Positions 37,500-41,990 of a DNA stretch of 41,990 nucleotides are shown in pieces. Both the position numbers and the translations under genes were made by a program. The notes beneath the pieces are model-generated. The model ran no database searches. It worked only from the letters and a program-made list of their open reading frames with translations, and was not told where the DNA came from. Positions within the stretch are counted from its first letter, which is position 1. Every line of letters begins with the position of its first letter. Origin of the DNA: Xylographa opegraphella (lineage: Eukaryota); contig JALDZX010000004.1 of assembly GCA_022813865.1 (NCBI GenBank), forward strand, positions 682,001 to 723,990. The letters run 5' to 3'.

Positions 37500-38009
37500 A
37501 TCCTCGTTTCGATTGAGCTGAAATGTCTTGCATCACAGGCCAAGGCCGATTCGAGAACAGTCCTCCTTTAAAATGGTCACTACAGTGCAGAAGCCACGCA
37601 GGTGTACGACTTACCTTCTGTAACTAGGCATCTCGCAGCATAGTTCAGGTGCGGATAATTCAGGAGATGGTATGTTTGCGATGTTCACAGGCGCGACGGG
37701 GAATGGCGTTTGCACGACATCCCATGGGTCAATAGTAGCAGATATGGATCAGGCCCATAATGAGTCGTATGATGATTTGCCTTGAGCAAGCTGTATACAG
37801 ATCGTAGATTCGGATGGAGTCTTTCGACTCGTGGCAATAGACAGCATACCAAATGGAGATGTAAAGCGATATGATCGTTGGTTCAATTCTGCCACGCAAG
37901 AGCATATTGCCGGCGTAACTGACGGAGAATTGCTCGAATAGCTGCATCATTTGATTCAGCATTGTCTGTAGCGTGGTCCAGTGCTAATATTAGTAGGGCT
38001 GCAGTTATA

Positions 38010-39402
38010 TCATTCGTTCCAAGGCAGCCAGCTCTGATTCGCATATGATTGAGGAATACACTTCACCAGAGGTGGCGGATCCATTTCCCACTCAATTCTC
38101 AGCGATTGGTCATCCTGATTATCGCCATCCTTGTTTACATACTGAGAGACATACCCTTTTACGGCTTTGATTTTTGTACCTGCCTCGTCGCTGTATCCGA
38201 GATTAACAGCAGGTACAACAGCAATCTTGCCATACCCATAGCGCCACATATCTTTGCATAACAGTTCTGGCTCGCCTTGATAGCATTCGCCTTTAACAGA
38301 ATTGCGAAATGCTATTGTCTGTTCGAGAATAGGTTTGGCCGTAAATGCAGTAGCACCATTCCAGCACGAAAAAACCTGAAACGATTTGTGGCTCGCATAA
38401 TTTGTCAGGGCTTTAGGATTGTTCCAAAAGAGATTCCAGGCAGAATTCCAGTTGCCATCTGCAGGAATTTCGAAAAACGAGTCTCCATTCATTCCTCTTG
38501 CAATCCACACATCGTAGAAAGTTGGATCTCTTCCGACATAGATCCAATCCATAGCGCAGGTCATATCAGCGTTCTGATAGACGCGTTGCTGGATTAGCTC
38601 TAGAATATCCTCCATACAGATCGATACGTCGTTGATAAATATTATAGTAGTATCGCGGGAATAGAGATTCGACTGGTGTAGTAACGGTTGAAGTACCTGG
38701 TTGCGAAGCTCTGCTAACGCTATTATTCTATATCCGGGCTGCTCCGTTTGAGCCATAGGATCCAAGTCACTCGTATTGAAAAAATATTGTACACCGATTT
38801 CTTCGAGTTTTGAACTTAATAACTTGAGAACTTCAAATGTTCCGTCATTCGATCTACCTTCCACGATAGATAAAGCACAATATTTTGGTCCCAAAAACCG
38901 TATGGATTCAACTATAGAGCCAATAAGTCGCGGCAATAGACTTACACACTGATGTAAATCTAAAGCGAAAAAGTACTTGATTTGTATATCAGACTCCGGT
39001 GTTTGTAATATTTCGCCACGAAGATGTTCGTATCGACTACCACTCGGGGTTGGACAAGCTAATCGGGGAAAGAAATCATCATCCGGATTCATTATCGCTT
39101 TAATATAGGTTGGTGCGGTTTCCAGCAAGCTTGTATTTCCTTTTCTGAGACTAGGAATAAATGTTTGGCTGGGTTCGTCTACTGCTATAGTCATGAGTAT
39201 TAGCGGATACCCGTGTACGAGTTGTCATGATGGAAGATGGCTTACTTGTAGAGTTTAACACGGATGCTTTGAAAAGACCAATCAACGGCCCGCCTCCGTC
39301 CTGCTTCCAACTAGCGAGGAGAGCCAGAGCAACGAGAAATAGACATACAGTACCGAAGAGAACCGTCAATTTGCGTTTTGTAATTCGATAAGTAAGCATC
39401 AT
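38010..39402 (-). CDS. CAP59/CMT1-type alpha-1,3-mannosyltransferase (GT69), type II membrane protein
   Basis: TM-bearing exon, intron 39185-39245, then SIVEGRSNDGT, LAELRN, FINDV, CAMDW, FYDVWIAR and VFSCWNG. Confidence 0.9.
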
Positions 39403-39903
39403 TGCGAAGAAGCCAAGCATAGCATGAAGCCAGAAGGGTAGATGTACCTCTCACGATGCGTCCAAAGGCATTCGGCTTTGGGCAGCTGAAACTCATAGCT
39501 TCCGATGTGCATGATCTGCATGGGATTCGGCCGCAAGGACCACAGTCTTGATCGTCGAGTGTCGGCGGCTAGCTGGGCGGATTTGGTTGGAGGATTTCGG
39601 CGTGTGCGCGTTTTAGGTAAAATTTAGAGCGCATCTCGGGCATCCTGGGGCCCTTCAGCCAATGAGAATTCTTAAACTAGCGACCTCTCACACCTTTTGA
39701 CGCAGCATCTTGCAGCTCCTGCTGAAGCAAAGCCTCCATAGAGTACTGGTTATCCACATGGTTTTCAGCTCAATTATGGCGGGCTATCCATATTCTGGCT
39801 TGTTCCTGTTTCTTCGTATTTTCCGACTTTATCAATTGAATAGGACATCAACAACCTCCCCATTGGACCGAACATCGTTAGCAGCTTCCGCTTTCAAAGC
39901 TAG

Positions 39904-40889
39904 ATGGGGCATATGCCACGGCGCCAGATGACGACCGCTTTTCTGTCAACATGTGGCTATGAAAATGGAGATGCTAATCAGCCTCGCACAGCGAATGGGG
40001 GCTACGATTGCACATTCTGGTCAGAATACGCATTATGGGGTTTCTGTCCTCAGACGGTTGATACCGCAAGTGATTGCGGTTTGGCAGGGAATTGCATAGA
40101 TGCCCATGGCTGCTCCACAGGTTGTGGCATTCACGGGATATCCTCCCTCACAACTTTCACCTGGTACGTCGGGCATGGTACTTTTGCATGCAAAAGCTCA
40201 TTTCCTGGACTGATCTTTCTGTAATGTTGGCATGATGCTGATATATTCCAATGTGCAGCACCAAGTCTGGAAGCGATTATTGCTCAACAGCATTGTTGAC
40301 AGACGCACTTGACCGGGTATACGCTTATCTTGCTTGTGCATCTGCGCCGATTACGGACCATCTGTTTGTTGAGGCAATCACTACCTCTGCCACACAGTCG
40401 TCTTCAACTGACTCTTCTTCAACTACGCCCGTACCTTCTTACTCTTCGCTATCCTCATCATCTTTACCGATTTTCCCCGATACCACAACCAATTCTGCCT
40501 CTGTTCCTACCACGGCTCCAACTCCGGCCTCTGTTCCTACCACGGCTCCAACTCCGGCCCCTGTTTCTGCCACGGCCCCTGCTGTGTCTTCCAATAGCCC
40601 CAATAATATTGGGGGTATCATTGGTGGAGTGCTTGGTGGATTAGCCTTAATTTTTATCTTCGTTCTCGCACTGGTGTACCTACGCCGCTCGGGAAGAGCG
40701 GATCGCGGATCCACGCTCCTCGATTCTGCCATCCCACTACAGAGTAGTCAGGCCTCGTGGATACACAACCCTGATTTCCCCAGCAAGAATAACGACAACT
40801 GCAACGGCGAGCCGATCGTATATAGCAGTCAGAAGAGGGGCGATCTCGCAGAGCTAGGTAGTTATAAGGAGCCCCAAGAGTTCCCTTAA
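39904..40889 (+). CDS. Cys-rich ectodomain + Ser/Thr stalk + single TM cell-surface protein; 5' signal-peptide region possibly disrupted
   Basis: STCGY...YDC...WGFCP...DCGLAGNC...CSTGCG, intron 40164-40258, S/T-rich stalk, and TM segment IGGIIGGVLGGLALIFIFVLALVYL-RR. Confidence 0.7.
40497..40580 (+). repeat. 30-bp coding tandem repeat (ASVPTTAPTP) x2 plus a degenerate third copy
   Basis: gcctctgttcctaccacggctccaactccg occurs twice in tandem, followed by gcccctgtttctgccacggcc. Confidence 0.9.
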
Positions 40890-41990
40890 TGGAGCAGAAC
40901 TGCTATACCAAAAGGTTCGAAGCACACGCGCTTGGGGCAGGCCCTAGGATAACACATTGGTCTATTGCCCTGGCTAAACCCGTTCTGTGGATACCACATA
41001 TATCAGCAAATGCTAGATGTGCTTATCCAGTGTGATGGAATTGGGGGTGCTCCGCAGTAGTATCCTATGGTAAGCTAGGAATAAGGCCTCTATAGTAGGA
41101 TGGGAAATGCGTTTTCAAAAAAAAATATTAATCACAGCTGCTGCAGCTCTGCACCGACAACTGAACTGAGCCTGAGAATGAATGCTCATATGTCTTTGTC
41201 TCTTGAAAGCAAATCACATCTACCGATCTAAGCACACGTCTACCACGGGACCGCCACTCGACATCCGGGTTATTTGCCAAGGCCCTACTGGAATTCTCTT
41301 CTGACGTTAAAGTCATGGGAGCGTTTACAGGCGCGACGCGGCCGCGCCGATCGCGCGGGTGTTCCCGATGTCTCATGTCCCTGCTGCCAAGACGCCAAGA
41401 CATGTCACGCTACAAAAGTGATCGGCTGGAGGGCAGTTAGCCTACTTTAAGATACCAAAGACTAAGGTAAGGTAACGTCCGTCCCTGCGTGCCGAGACGC
41501 CCGCCGTGCCGAGACATATAAGGGGTACTTTGACTTCAACCAGATCATAGTCTACGCCTTTTGCATTTCCTATCGTGACGATATATGAAAGATGTACTGC
41601 AACTACTCCCGAACATCTAAGATGCCTTGAATCCAAATATTACACTGGGCGGCGTCGCTTCTTTACCTGATATACAAAAAGCCTCCTTGTATAGTAGACT
41701 AGTGTCGCTTCACTACAGCGCCACTCTGAAGCTTAAATCATTTATTAAACTTACAGGACGATTCTGTCCGAGTTTTAAAACGACACTGCAATGCTGAAAT
41801 ATCATTATCAGTCCAGGGTCTGCTGTAGCAGACAGCTTAACGTAAGATCGCCACGTCAGGGGTACTTCCGACCGCCTAACACGAGAACCCCGCACGTTTC
41901 ATAAAATAGTTACAGTAATATTTACCAGTTGTAATCAAATACGCCGGGCCGATAGCTGTCCGCCATGTGGCTGTGCAAAACCGTATTAGC

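Noticed and set aside
39151..39245. Apparent frameshift in the CAP59-type gene
   Set aside because: Explained by a canonical 61-nt GTAAGC...TAG intron.
41400..41990. TpA-rich stretch as a RIP-mutated transposon
   Set aside because: No terminal repeats or transposase/RT motifs are recognisable. It may be a decayed gene but cannot be supported.

Overview
Gene-dense, intron-containing genomic DNA from a filamentous ascomycete (Pezizomycotina; the lineage is inferred from short ~45-150 nt introns with CTRAY branch points and from the protein families present). I can reconstruct about 16 spliced or single-exon housekeeping and conserved genes: a Gre2-like reductase, a Hof1/Cdc15-type F-BAR-SH3 protein, a spherulin-4/GH135 protein, a SurE-TTL fusion (Pby1), a Kes1/Osh4 oxysterol-binding protein, a Gfo/Idh/MocA oxidoreductase, Rex2, phosphoglucomutase, an OSCA/TMEM63 channel, FBA1, bL9m, Ubp16, a CAP59-type mannosyltransferase and several conserved hypotheticals. 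Small orphan ORFs and decayed gene remnants sit between them. Three observations stand out. (1) Three of roughly 28 reconstructable introns can only be spliced as GC-AG, each forced by a conserved protein motif, and one has an atypical GCACTT donor. (2) A multi-exon, strongly codon-biased microprotein gene with a C-x4-C-H-x-C motif and basic tail lies downstream of a CGCG-rich decamer array and is not visible as such in the ORF track. (3) A splice donor overlapping a stop codon lies exactly at the SurE/TTL domain junction. I found no rRNA, tRNA, CRISPR array or intact transposon. All gene models are hand-reconstructed and no database searches were run.
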